A DNA stretch of 49,844 nucleotides from an uncultured virus (IMG/VR IMGVR_UViG_2061766007_000468) (Duplodnaviria; Heunggongvirae; Uroviricota; Caudoviricetes), in IMG/VR virus record IMGVR_UViG_2061766007_000468; one strand, written 5' to 3'. This document shows, one piece after another, positions 1 through 10,369 of this stretch. The notes below the pieces were generated by a model. That model ran no database searches. It had not been told where the DNA came from and saw nothing but the letters and a program-made list of their open reading frames with translations. Position 1 is the stretch's first letter. Every line of letters begins with the position of its first letter. Made by a program: the position numbers and the translations under genes.

Positions 1-31
1 GCTGGAAACAACGGGGTTCCGCGAGCACCCG

Positions 32-987
32 ATGTCCCGTTACGACGTACACTACAAATTCTACTACGATATAAGGAAACAGTATTCGTCACTCAGCAGT
101 CAGATGGTCTGCAAGGTCATACAGGAAGTCGTTGCCAACTGGAAGACCTGCCTTCAGATCGGTGAAGATTTCAGTACCCCTAAGAAGACCAATCTTTCGA
201 TGCTGATGGACAAGCGACTGTACAGCAAGCTGACCGACCATTCGGTGAATATTACGGTACCTGGATACAAGAAGGTTGAGTGTACATTCAATGCATATCC
301 ACTTATGCAGTACATGTTCGACACATATACGGCAAAGAATTGCAACATTTTCTACCGAGACGGACAGTTCTGGCTCACCGTACAGTTCGAGGTACCCAGT
401 GCTGAACTCGTGAATGTGGATGTTATGGGCATAGACCGTGGTATCAAGCGGCTGATTACGTGTTCGGATGGAACTGCCATTTCCGACAAGAAATTTAACA
501 AGAGGAGACGGAAAATTCGCTACCTTAAACGTTGTCTGCGCAAGAAAGGCACGAAGAATGCCAAGCGACACTTGAAGAAGTTACGGAAANNNNNNNNNNC
601 TTAAACGTTGCCTGCGCAAAAAAGGCACGAAGAATGCCAAGAGACACTTGAAGAAGTTACGGAAACGGGAAGCATGCATGTCGAAAGACTACACGTACAG
701 CGTAGCGAACTATATCATCTCAAAACCGCAAGGAATTATCGTACTGGAAGACCTTACGAAAATCAAGAAATCCACTTCCAGTACGAAGATTGCCACCAAA
801 TGTGGCGAGAAGAAAGAAATCAAGAGAAAACGGCACAACAACCGATTTGGACAGGTTGCATTGAGACAACTCCAGACGGTGTTGGAGTACAAGGCACCAC
901 TTGCAGGGAAACAAGTGGTAACAGTTAAACCGGCCTACACTTCCCAACTCGACTGTCGAGGGTTGCCTAATGGCAAGAGGCTGGGTA
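32..987 (+). CDS. tnpB: TnpB-family RNA-guided nuclease (IS200/IS605 OrfB), broken by N-gaps; true start probably upstream of the window
   Basis: RuvC-I GIDRG, basic linker IRYLKRCLRKKGT, RuvC-II IVLEDL, VxPAYTSQ motif; ORFs 32-604 and 648-987 overlap in sequence across a 10-N gap. Confidence 0.85.
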
Positions 988-1265
988 NNNNNNNNNNNNN
1001 NNNNNNNNNNNNNNNNNNNNNNNNNNNNNNNNNNNNNNNNNNNNNNNNNNNNNNNNNNNNNNNNNNNNNNNNNNNNNNNNNNNNNNNNNNNNNNNNNNNN
1101 NNNNNNNNNNNNNNNNNNNNNNNNNNNNNNNNNNNNNNNNNNNNNNNNNNNNNNNNNNNNNNNNNNNNNNNNNNNNNNNNNNNNNNNNNNNNNNNNNNNN
1201 NNNNNNNNNNNNNNNNNNNNNNNNNNNNNNNNNNNNNNNNNNNNNNNNNNNNNNNNNNTTCCCTC

Positions 1266-1299
1266 AAGTCAACCGTTCTTTAGACGGTTGGTAGTTGAC
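1266..1299 (+). mobile_element. Probable right end of the first TnpB element
   Basis: Hairpin CAACCGT-tctttag-ACGGTTG followed by GTAGTTGAC, same layout as the right ends at 10369 and 13605. Confidence 0.6.
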
Positions 1300-1316
1300 G
1301 CAATGCAGTTTATTAG

Positions 1317-1345
1317 TTGACGTGCATAGGCGTAATTGCTATATT
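1317..1345 (+). promoter_or_regulatory. Sigma70-type promoter
   Basis: TTGACG-17bp-TATATT with extended TG (TGCTATATT); AAGGA RBS and ATG at 1370. Confidence 0.7.
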
Positions 1346-1369
1346 TCAAGTCAACATAAGGACACAGCT

Positions 1370-1655
1370 ATGCCATTTTTGCTCAAGTACCCAGACTACG
1401 ACATCTACATCGGAGATATCGTGTTCGATAAGAAAGGTCGGTGCAGATGTTACTGCTCCAACGCACCTAAGAAAGATGCCCACCGGTTCCGCACGGCCAA
1501 GGCTGCCGAAAAGTTCCGGAAAGATAATGGCCTAACCGACCTAGAAGTAGTCTACATAAAGCCAGTACCGAAGAACCGTCCGTTCACCTACAAGGTGCTG
1601 ATGGAAGAGGCCGAGGAGATGCACAAGCGTATGGCAGTCGACAGCGGCTTCTGCG
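1370..1655 (+). CDS. Hypothetical protein (end lost in gap)
   Basis: ATG with RBS after promoter; codon usage matches neighbours. Confidence 0.55.
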
Positions 1656-1890
1656 NNNNNNNNNNNNNNNNNNCCGGTGCGTGGATGTCGAGCGGAACAA
1701 GAAGGCACTCGCCGTCCGCGAATGGGACGAATACAAGAAGTACGCCCCGATGAAGAAGTCCGAGTACCTCAAGCGGCGTAAAGAGCTGAAGGATCAGTTC
1801 GATGCCAGCCTTGCCGAACTCAATCGCGAATACAACACACGTGGCAAGTCCAACAAGAACTTCCACAAAATTTAGATATGCCGGAAATAT

Positions 1891-2115
1891 ATGATTACGA
1901 AACTGAAACACTGGTTTCTCAAGCCGGATAATGAGCTGCTGCGCTCGGTGGTGTGCTTCGTCAGCATGTCGGCGATGGTTGTCGACATGCTGTGGGTGTT
2001 CTCGCTGCCGAGCGACGAGTTCACGACCGCGACGTTCCTCGGCATCACGTCCACGCTCGTCCTACTGTTCATTTCGTGGGCGATTCTGGATTACATCATC
2101 GAGCACGACTCGTGA
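1891..2115 (+). CDS. Small membrane protein (2 TM)
   Basis: Two hydrophobic stretches in 74 aa. Confidence 0.55.
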   Translation: MITKLKHWFLKPDNELLRSVVCFVSMSAMVVDMLWVFSLPSDEFTTATFLGITSTLVLLFISWAILDYIIEHDS

Positions 2116-2126
2116 AAGGATATAGT

Positions 2127-3230
2127 ATGGACTGCAATAGCGAAGAAGAACAGCGTAGGGAGTTCTTCGATACAAGAACGCCGGAAGATCCGGCCTACTA
2201 TTCGCCGAGGATACTGGATATCCACGATTACCAGACTGGGGAGATGCTTACCAAGCGCGGAAAGGAAATCATGAAGCGTCTCCGCGACATGGACTGGAAG
2301 GAAGTCCTCCGTGAGTACTTGCGCAACTGGATCAAGGGCATGCAGATGCTCCACGTTGTCTCGACAGACTTCAATACGGGGAATAGTTCGCCGTACCAGT
2401 ACGGATGGTATCCGGACGGCTACCTCGACGTCGCCTACGACAAGCTCCGCGAGATGGTTCTTGAAGGCCATCCTACGCTGAAGAATACGAAGTGCAGCTT
2501 GTATTCTCGCTATTCGTCCATTACGGTCGAACGCGACCTCGGTTACGGCAAGTCGGTGTCCCGCACGATCGAAATGTCTATCGACTTCAGCATCCCACGC
2601 AGTTGCAAGGGCATCAACTACAAGTGCAAGGTCAGAGCATACGGCGACAACGGCTTCTACGACGAGTTCGTCCAGTACGCCAAGGATCTGCAAGCCGAAA
2701 TGGAGACCTTCAAGAAAGAACCGCTGCTCAAGACGGACTTGCGTCCCTACGACACGTATCCGGACATTTCGTCCTACAAGGACAAGAGAGACCAGCTCGG
2801 CATCATCAATTACTACATGACATATGATACCGTCGGCAGACGGAAAACGTGCAAGTTTACCCAAGGGTTCATCAACGCCTACAGGGATGCGAGGTACTTC
2901 TGCAAGGCGCTACCGGAAATCACTTTCGCCGTGTCTCGTGACGCTCTCTACTACAAGGGCAAGAAGTACACCGCCGAGGCGTACGTAGATTTCTACCGTG
3001 ATTTCCCTGACGAGATTCAATCTCTGTGGCAGCTGGCACTGCCAGTGCTGGCCTACAAGTACGGACTGCTCGACACGATGCTAGAACACCGTTTCAGCAA
3101 GGACACCGAAGTCCGCCAGTTCATCTGGCACTGGCGAGACAAGCTCCACCAGCCCATTACCGACGACATCAAGGCTTGGGTGGACAAGTGGATTCCGAAA
3201 GACCGTCAGAAATATGTCTACGGAGAATAA
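2127..3230 (+). CDS. Hypothetical protein, 367 aa
   Basis: AAGGA RBS before ATG 2127; long ORF, operon-like packing. Confidence 0.7.
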   Translation: MDCNSEEEQRREFFDTRTPEDPAYYSPRILDIHDYQTGEMLTKRGKEIMKRLRDMDWKEVLREYLRNWIKGMQMLHVVSTDFNTGNSSPYQYGWYPDGYLDVAYDKLREMVLEGHPTLKNTKCSLYSRYSSITVERDLGYGKSVSRTIEMSIDFSIPRSCKGINYKCKVRAYGDNGFYDEFVQYAKDLQAEMETFKKEPLLKTDLRPYDTYPDISSYKDKRDQLGIINYYMTYDTVGRRKTCKFTQGFINAYRDARYFCKALPEITFAVSRDALYYKGKKYTAEAYVDFYRDFPDEIQSLWQLALPVLAYKYGLLDTMLEHRFSKDTEVRQFIWHWRDKLHQPITDDIKAWVDKWIPKDRQKYVYGE

Positions 3231-3236
3231 GACGGC

Positions 3237-3494
3237 ATGACACCGAACGGAATGATATCGCTTTTGAAGGGGCATGGATTCACGCTCGACGGCGACGAGT
3301 ATAGGAAGGACATACTCGTATTCCGTCGTAACGAGGCCGAGAAGCGGTTCGAAGTTTACTATATTGGTAAGGACGGCACCAAGGATACTCCGGTTTTCTG
3401 GTATGACACCTTGTACAAGGACATGAAGCGCAAGGTCATCGAGAACTTCGTGACGAACTTGTACGACGCCATCAAGACCTTCGACGAGAAGTAG
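3237..3494 (+). CDS. Hypothetical protein
   Basis: Tightly packed ORF with GGAG upstream. Confidence 0.6.
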   Translation: MTPNGMISLLKGHGFTLDGDEYRKDILVFRRNEAEKRFEVYYIGKDGTKDTPVFWYDTLYKDMKRKVIENFVTNLYDAIKTFDEK

Positions 3495-3495
3495 C

Positions 3496-3894
3496 ATGAC
3501 CAACGAGTACACCAAAAAAATCGACCGATTCTTCGAGACCTACGGCCCCGACAAGAAGACCATTCTCCTTTTCAACGGTAAGAGGAAAGTCTTTACATGG
3601 GATTACTATGATTTCAAGGGGACGGAAGCCTCCAAGCTGTTGAACGCCGTCGATCCAGACGATGCGTCACTGTCCATCCAGTTCAGCCGAGAGAAGGAAT
3701 CGCTGGACGATATGGTCTACGGACGCATTTCTGAGATATTCTCCCTCGATAAAGAGCGAGCCAAGTGTGCAGACAACGAGTCTCTGTGGCTCTATGTCAC
3801 CAAGGACTACCAAGTATATTCGTGCGTCACCAGCACTCCTTCGATCACGAAATCCGAGAAATTATTGCTAGATTTGTCTTCGTACACAGACTAA
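3496..3894 (+). CDS. Hypothetical protein
   Basis: Starts 1 nt after previous stop. Confidence 0.6.
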   Translation: MTNEYTKKIDRFFETYGPDKKTILLFNGKRKVFTWDYYDFKGTEASKLLNAVDPDDASLSIQFSREKESLDDMVYGRISEIFSLDKERAKCADNESLWLYVTKDYQVYSCVTSTPSITKSEKLLLDLSSYTD

Positions 3895-3905
3895 TAGAGG
3901 TTACC

Positions 3906-4421
3906 ATGGAAAAGAAAAGATGCTGCGCCACTTGCGTATCGCGATACTGGGTGGACGACAATACTTACTGCTGTAGGATGTGCCCAGACAGTTCCGTCAA
4001 TGCCAACGAGGGCGGGATGTACCTGTTCAGCGCCGAACAAGCGAACCAGTTCGTATGTCCGAGGTTCTATCCACAAATCGGCAACGCCGACTACTCAATC
4101 ATGGACTATAACACTTGGATCGACGTGTTCCATCCGCATGGCTTGCGCCGACAGTACGACGAGTATGTAGCGAAGATGGATGAACGAGAGAACATAAATC
4201 ATACTTATTTGCTGAGGTACGAGTACCCAGACGCCCACGGGCTGATCGGAGACTACGAGGAAACGTTTACCGACCGTGAAAAAGCCGTTGCGGCTGCTGT
4301 CGAAGCCAGCAAGGACGATCTAAACTATAACATCACCGTCCGCCACAAGTGGTGGAACAACCGATACAGCCGCGAGGAAGGTTGCTGGGTGGAATGGGAA
4401 AAACACGAGGAATCTGTATGA
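3906..4421 (+). CDS. Hypothetical protein with Cys-rich N-terminus (CxxC..CC..C..C)
   Basis: GAGG RBS; CCATC, CCRMC, VCP; ATGA overlap with next gene. Confidence 0.65.
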   Translation: MEKKRCCATCVSRYWVDDNTYCCRMCPDSSVNANEGGMYLFSAEQANQFVCPRFYPQIGNADYSIMDYNTWIDVFHPHGLRRQYDEYVAKMDERENINHTYLLRYEYPDAHGLIGDYEETFTDREKAVAAAVEASKDDLNYNITVRHKWWNNRYSREEGCWVEWEKHEESV

Positions 4422-5146
4422 AAACAGTAAGACAGTCCGTATTTGAAACAAATTCGTCGTCGATGCACGCAATCGTTATACCGAAGCGTAACGTGTTCAA
4501 CAAGGAACCAGTCAAGGTCTGCATGGACGGTGACATGGATTTTAGCGAGAGAACGCTCATTGAAAGGAATCTTCCGGACGAGAAGGCCAGCTACTGCTTC
4601 CTCCTTATCATGAAATACTGGTCTGACAAGTTGACTTGTGGCTGGTGGTCTGATAAAAAGAAGGACTACCTGAACATTACCGCTAAGGAAGTGAAGCGCA
4701 ATGATGAAATTGTTGCTACATATCGCAAGTTCATTGCTTACATGAAAAAGAGCTTCAAGAAGCACTGGAATATCAAGCTTACAATCAAGAATACCAAAGT
4801 AGAGTCCAAGAAAAATGGTGCATACATTGGGCCGAAATATTGGGCTACGAACGGATGCTATGGGCATGAATCCTTCCAGTCTATCATTATGAGCTACATG
4901 CTCAGAACGATTGACAAGATTACCGAGCCCAAGGCAGACTTGTCTATTCTGAGCGTAGATGACAGTTGCAATTCTCACTTGGACTTCTGCGACCTTGCGT
5001 CATTCATCCTTCACCCGAATGCTGTCATTCTTCAGAACACAGACGAGTGCGATGACAAGGATTACAAGAAGATGCAGCGCATGTTGATGTCCTATGTAAG
5101 GAAGAATAAGGGCATGTGCTTTGTGGACTGGCCTTTTGGAGGCTAA
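4418..5146 (+). CDS. FETNSSS-motif family protein (copy 1)
   Basis: N-terminus MKTVRQSVFETNSSSMHAIVI; GAGG RBS. Confidence 0.8.
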   Translation: MKTVRQSVFETNSSSMHAIVIPKRNVFNKEPVKVCMDGDMDFSERTLIERNLPDEKASYCFLLIMKYWSDKLTCGWWSDKKKDYLNITAKEVKRNDEIVATYRKFIAYMKKSFKKHWNIKLTIKNTKVESKKNGAYIGPKYWATNGCYGHESFQSIIMSYMLRTIDKITEPKADLSILSVDDSCNSHLDFCDLASFILHPNAVILQNTDECDDKDYKKMQRMLMSYVRKNKGMCFVDWPFGG

Positions 5147-5494
5147 GTAACTATGAGTAAGAATAAATTTCCAACATACAACGGACAGAGGCTTCCTGGG
5201 TTCAACACGCTCATATCGTTCAGCGAACCCAGATGGATGATCGTCTGGGACGACAAGGGCTGGACATGTCCTTGCCGNNNNNNNNNNCTGTTTCAACGGA
5301 CGGTTCGTCGACAAGGACGGAAACGCTTGGGACAACGGTTCGGAACTTCCGAGCATTGGCTGGGCCGACATATGGTGGAAAGCCGTTCCGCCAGAAACAA
5401 TCAAGGCGTTCTACTCTGGAACCATTCCTCCATGGTTCCCCGGAACGTTGAAAAGCTGGTACGAGGACTGTTATCTCAAAGGACTCAAATACTT

Positions 5495-6244
5495 ATGATT
5501 AAGAACGTTTGGATTGACGAATCTGTAGAAGAATGCGTAAGCTGCGGTGCTTGCGAGGCGTGTGCCGATGCCATTTTCAGAGTAGACGATAAGTGCCGGA
5601 TAGTTGGTACGGACTTTGCCAGCTATGAGACTGAAATCAAGGACGCTGTTGACGTGTGTCCCGCCGAAGTGCTCCATTATTCCGAGGACGAGACGCATAT
5701 TGATTCTTTGAAAAGTCCCGCGTTGATGAGTGCTCTCGCCAAGGTGGACATGGTCGAGCCGGACAAGGAAGACGAGCAGTATATCAAGCTCAATCCGGAT
5801 ATTGTCATCGTTGGAACCGGCGAATTCCGTCCAAAGCCGGTCTACTCTATGGATATTCTGGTCAAGATGCGGAGCGAGACGCTCACGTTCGCTTTCGCTG
5901 CGGCGGTACTCCACAATCTGTTTCCTGAAAACCAAGTGTTCGCGATGGGGGATAGCTACGGCTCCGACCAGACCAACTATCGCAAGTTGGAGGATGTTGC
6001 TCAAATCCGCGCACGGTGGACGAAGCCGTCGCACAAGATGCACTGGTTGTCGCCGTACGACATACAGGTCGACCGCAAGGAGATCAAGTACATTATGTAC
6101 ATCCAAGATATCCGGAACAAGTATGTAAAGACCAAGCGGATGAAAGTCGCTCTTGAAGATCTGGATGTCGGCGACTTCATTGACTTCGTCCGCGCCCAGT
6201 TCAAGATTGTCCAGAACAACCTCAGCAAGAAGAAAAGGAGATAG
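5495..6244 (+). CDS. Ferredoxin-domain fusion protein (single Fe-S cluster domain plus unknown C-terminal domain)
   Basis: VWIDESVEECVSCGACEAC...AVDVCPAEVL = CxxCxxC...CP. Confidence 0.75.
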   Translation: MIKNVWIDESVEECVSCGACEACADAIFRVDDKCRIVGTDFASYETEIKDAVDVCPAEVLHYSEDETHIDSLKSPALMSALAKVDMVEPDKEDEQYIKLNPDIVIVGTGEFRPKPVYSMDILVKMRSETLTFAFAAAVLHNLFPENQVFAMGDSYGSDQTNYRKLEDVAQIRARWTKPSHKMHWLSPYDIQVDRKEIKYIMYIQDIRNKYVKTKRMKVALEDLDVGDFIDFVRAQFKIVQNNLSKKKRR

Positions 6245-6247
6245 CCG

Positions 6248-7738
6248 ATGGCAAAAAAGAAACCGCTGGCCGAGAACGAGCTGTACAAGGCCGCTCCGCT
6301 TCTCAAGGTACTGGAAGGCCAGGAGCACCATCCGGAAGACAACGTCCTCAAGATTATCGAGGAAGTAGCGAAGCTGAAGGAAGCAGTCGTGTACAGCACA
6401 AAGGGTTCGCTCAAGTTCGTCGGCGAGATCGACGGCGAAGAACTGACCATCGACATCAACATGACTGACCTCAAGAGAAGCTGCCGCACCGACCAGAAGG
6501 TCTTCATTAAGGCTACCGTCGGCGACCAAGTGCAAACGCTGGACTCCAACGCATGTACGCTGCACGGTGGCTTCAAGCACTTCATGGACATCGTCAAGTG
6601 CATGGGGCCGTTCAAGAAGGGTCGCGAGATACCGGAAGGGACTGACCTTCCTCTCGAATTCTGGGCCGATACCGAAGAAGGCAAGAAGTTCTTCGAGGAA
6701 CTGTCCGGACTCGGTTTCCGTGTTAATCGAGACAACCAGTACTTCTACGATTCACCGTGTCCCAATACGGACGTGCAGATGGTGATTCCGATGCTGGAAT
6801 ACAGCTCGAACATCGACCACTTCTACAACACTTGGCGTGGTCACGACGTACACATGCGAGCCAAGACGGAACATACGACGGCTCTGTTCTATTTTGACAC
6901 CGACTCTCCGTTCCTCAAGTACGCCAAGGATCACAATATCAAGTACAATAAGGAATTGGTTGCCGAATGGGACTACGACCATCCCAAGCATCCTTACGGC
7001 GCGAAGGCCGACGTGTTCCTCGACTTCGTCAAGAAGGTCATCAAGCACAACACGGAACGTCTTGACGCGATTTCCGAACAGCACGGCGGTCTCACTTGGC
7101 GCGGCATCCATTTCGGCGACGGACTCAACAAGTTCGAGAAGCCTCGTGACTACAGACAGCTGCCGGAAGCCGAGCGCAAGCGCATCGACGCCGCCGTCGC
7201 AGCCACCCAGGCCAAGGTAGCTGAATCGTACGACGAGTTCTTCAGCAAAGGCGCGTTCGGCAAGGTTTACAAGTTCTTCAAGGAACACGGAACGGTGAAC
7301 AAGATGCACGGATGGCAGTACGGCGATAGCCACGACATCAGCTTCAAGTGCAACGTGACTCTCGAAGTTCCCAAGAAGGATCGTACGCTCACCACGAAGA
7401 CCGTGGAAATCTACGGCGCAATTCAAGGTTACTACAAGGACGAGCTCGGCGGTGAACACGGAGACGAAATCAAGATTACGCTTCCGTTCCACTACGCTAC
7501 GGACAAGGGAAGATTCCCTTCTTGGGCGGAGGCCATCGACGCAGGGAGCAACATCCGTTACGGCGGTTCGCTCAACGTTGGTGCCAACCGTTGCGCTTAC
7601 GAGCTGGAGGAAGGCGACCATTACGGCCACTGGGCATGCAAGCTCAGGGCTAGCGACCTGAAGCGGATTGAGAAAGTCCTCCTCAACATCGAGAAGGACA
7701 ACCAGCAGTTCCTCAAGGACTGCCACTACAAGGACTAA
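6248..7738 (+). CDS. Hypothetical protein, 496 aa
   Basis: AGGAG RBS, long ORF, strongly biased codons. Confidence 0.75.
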   Translation: MAKKKPLAENELYKAAPLLKVLEGQEHHPEDNVLKIIEEVAKLKEAVVYSTKGSLKFVGEIDGEELTIDINMTDLKRSCRTDQKVFIKATVGDQVQTLDSNACTLHGGFKHFMDIVKCMGPFKKGREIPEGTDLPLEFWADTEEGKKFFEELSGLGFRVNRDNQYFYDSPCPNTDVQMVIPMLEYSSNIDHFYNTWRGHDVHMRAKTEHTTALFYFDTDSPFLKYAKDHNIKYNKELVAEWDYDHPKHPYGAKADVFLDFVKKVIKHNTERLDAISEQHGGLTWRGIHFGDGLNKFEKPRDYRQLPEAERKRIDAAVAATQAKVAESYDEFFSKGAFGKVYKFFKEHGTVNKMHGWQYGDSHDISFKCNVTLEVPKKDRTLTTKTVEIYGAIQGYYKDELGGEHGDEIKITLPFHYATDKGRFPSWAEAIDAGSNIRYGGSLNVGANRCAYELEEGDHYGHWACKLRASDLKRIEKVLLNIEKDNQQFLKDCHYKD

Positions 7739-7770
7739 AAGAAAGGCCACCGAGTTTCGGTGGCTTTCTT
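7739..7770. terminator. Bidirectional intrinsic terminator
   Basis: A-rich run, GCCACCGA-gtt-TCGGTGGC, then TTTCTT, between convergent genes. Confidence 0.8.
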
Positions 7771-7771
7771 G

Positions 7772-8413
7772 TTAGGTCATTCTCAAGTGGATAGTTTTTG
7801 TTTTGAGTTTAAACCAATCGATGTATGCGCCATATAAAAATTCGGCCATATAGCCAACAATCCGTCCTTCTACGGGTATGCCCATCTTCTGCTGCAGACG
7901 GAACCAAGTGTACATCGACTTGAAAAGGAACTCGCAGTACTTATTAGCCACTTCACGCTTGGCGACGAACATGTTTCCGAGTATGTGCTCGTGTCCGTTC
8001 AAGTAACGTATGCAGTGGTCGGCGTACCCACGTCCGTACATGGACGCCAGAAGCGCGATGTAGGAATTGGTGGCTTCTGCCTTGCGGTTCTTGACCAAGT
8101 ATTCCTTGATGCCGGTGTACGGGTAGTTGACCTTCACGCAAAGCAAGTCGTATACCTTCAGATAGTTCTCGGCCTCGTCACGCTTTATTGGATTCCATCC
8201 GTCTACGGTAAGGTAACGACGGTAGTGCTCAAGTCCGACGATATCGTCCTCGTCGTGCTTCCATAGGTAATACAAGCCGGTCAACTCGCAGTACCACGGG
8301 TTCAGATAGTCGATGTTGTCGCCTTCGTGCTTCTCGTCGATGATGAACTTCTTGTGGAAGCCGTCAATCGGTAGGAACTTCTTGCTCTTTGATCCTACTA
8401 CGTAGATACTCAT
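7772..8413 (-). CDS. DUF4422-like glycosyltransferase-associated protein
   Basis: GDNIDYLNPWYCELTGLYYLWKH, GLEHYRRY, NMFV, YCEFLF and R..GY.AE motifs. Confidence 0.75.
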   Translation of the reverse strand: MSIYVVGSKSKKFLPIDGFHKKFIIDEKHEGDNIDYLNPWYCELTGLYYLWKHDEDDIVGLEHYRRYLTVDGWNPIKRDEAENYLKVYDLLCVKVNYPYTGIKEYLVKNRKAEATNSYIALLASMYGRGYADHCIRYLNGHEHILGNMFVAKREVANKYCEFLFKSMYTWFRLQQKMGIPVEGRIVGYMAEFLYGAYIDWFKLKTKTIHLRMT

Positions 8414-8429
8414 TTCCTTTCACCAGCCC

Positions 8430-8930
8430 TTAGTTGAGAATCAACGTCATGTCATAGGCGCCGAACGGATTTTCCATAGTTCCGGCGGCATCGCAATGTA
8501 GCTGTCCCACGATAGGATATCCTTCTGGCGTCCGTCCAGTGATCGAGTAAGTCTTTCTTCTCGGCATGCCGTCCTCGCCCGGATTCGAATAGCCGCCGTC
8601 GGAACAACCGAACTCGAAGTCGAATTCCGGTACGTTCTGGCGGATCGCGTCAATAAGCGCATAGACGCCAGCCCAGTTATCGTCACGGTATAGGTGGCCC
8701 GTCAGCGGATTGGCGACCGCGTAGACCTTGTTGAGCAGCTTGCGCTTGGAATTGCCGCTGGCCGATTCGCAGATGGAATCACTCGATGATTCGTTCCCGC
8801 CATCGGTTCTGTCCTTGTGGGCTTCTTCCAGTACCTTGACACCTTCTTGCAGAGGTGCGATAGCGCCTTCAATTCCGTATGCCTTGCATACGCCCTCGAT
8901 AAATACCCGATATGATTCGAATTCCGTCAT
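8430..8930 (-). CDS. Hypothetical protein, possibly late/virion-associated
   Basis: ATG 8930 downstream of a TATAAACT motif (8959-8966). Confidence 0.6.
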   Translation of the reverse strand: MTEFESYRVFIEGVCKAYGIEGAIAPLQEGVKVLEEAHKDRTDGGNESSSDSICESASGNSKRKLLNKVYAVANPLTGHLYRDDNWAGVYALIDAIRQNVPEFDFEFGCSDGGYSNPGEDGMPRRKTYSITGRTPEGYPIVGQLHCDAAGTMENPFGAYDMTLILN

Positions 8931-8974
8931 TTTGCGACCGTGAATAGTCTTTTCCCCTAGTTTATAGGCGGCAC

Positions 8975-9003
8975 TTGCCAAAAATGCACTAGGTTGCTAT
9001 ATT
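8975..9003 (+). promoter_or_regulatory. Sigma70-type promoter
   Basis: TTGCCA-17bp-TATATT, extended TG. Confidence 0.7.
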
Positions 9004-9050
9004 TGTACCATAACTTATGAGGTCGACAAATGTACGATAAAGAATTTGAC

Positions 9051-10369
9051 AAATAGGCGGTCGCAAGCTCACGCCCTTTAGGGCGTGGGTCAGACTCGCC
9101 GTAATGAATGTAAGAAATAAATTACATACAAGAGCCACTAAATAATATTATATTTGAGTTAAGATACTATAAACTTTAATTTAAGTCAAGAAATTCATTA
9201 TGGAAGCGATAAGAAGCGAAGATACGAAGGCCAAGATACGGGCAAGCATGTCCGCAACGAAGGCCAGACGGCAGACCCAGGTCTGCCGTGTATTCGAGCT
9301 TAAAGTTTCCATAAGGCATAACCCTAAATCGGTGTTCGAGAAGATGTCCCAATGCTTCAAGGAGGCGAAGTGGGTAATCAATGACATGCTATCGTTGTCC
9401 AAGGATAATCCAGACAATAGCATGTTCGACTATAAGTATACCGAACACAAGGATGTGGTACATTACGACAAGGATAATAACCCAGTCCATTCTCCAATCA
9501 CCTTGCCGTCGGTTCTTCACCGTGCTACGGTAGCTCAGAAGAAGACGGATATAGTGAACTTGGCCAAGTCCAAGTCACACGGAAGGAATATTGGTGCATT
9601 GAAGTTCAAGCGGCAAGTGGACTGCATACCTATCATTACTGGGTTCACACAGATTATTGGTGGCTGCCGTATAACTATTCCTGGGTTCAAGAAAATCCGT
9701 GTAAACGGGTTAAACCAGCTTCACCAGTTCGAGACATTTGAAATAGCCGATGCCAAGCTGGTTCGCAAGGCAAGCGGCTACTATGTAAAGATTAGCATAA
9801 TGCTACCGAAATCATCAAGGAAACCTACCAACCGAGAGGTTGGTCTTGATTTCGGTATAAAGGATTCCATAACGACATCAAACGGTGACAAGTACAACTG
9901 CAAAGTGCAAGAATCGGAGTACCTAAAGTANNNNNNNNNNCGGCTAGTAACCGACTACGATGTCATCTACTTCCAAGATGAGCAGATTAAGAACTGGCAG
10001 AAAGGGTTGTTCGGCAAATCCGTACAGTCTTCCTGTCTAGGTTCGCTGAAACAACGACTTGTCGCGCTCGAAGACAGCGGTCGCAGTTTCAAGATTTCAA
10101 AGTGGGAACCCACTACCAAGCTATGTCCGATGTGTGGCTGCATAAACCACCCGACGCTTGCAGACCGAATCTACAAGTGCGATTGCGGATATACTATGGA
10201 TAGGGATACCCATTCTGCCCGTGTGGTCTTGATGATTGGCTCGTCTAAAAGAGCCGAGTGCGTGGAACACGCCTCCGCTGAGGTAGCCGCCTCTATGCCT
10301 CCCAGTTCTGCTGGGTTAGCACAAGTGGCTCCGTCGAAGCTCACAGCCTTTAGGCTGTGGGTAGTTCAC
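9051..10369 (+). mobile_element. Non-autonomous IS200/IS605-family element (tnpB only), copy A
   Basis: Follows TTGAC; left hairpin CACGCCC-ttta-GGGCGTG; right hairpin CACAGCC-ttta-GGCTGTG then GGTAGTTCAC; ends match copy B. Confidence 0.85.

Noticed and set aside
988..1258. ORFs spanning long N-runs (also 35838-36606)
   Set aside because: Artefacts of translating unknown bases.
5153..6244. Single 363 aa ORF including the ferredoxin
   Set aside because: The frame is joined only through an N-gap of arbitrary length; the ferredoxin protein more plausibly starts at ATG 5495.
9051..9199. IStron (group I intron plus IS) explaining the in-gene insertions
   Set aside because: Only about 150 nt, largely AT-rich promoter-like sequence, precede tnpB; this is too short and lacks recognisable group I core elements.
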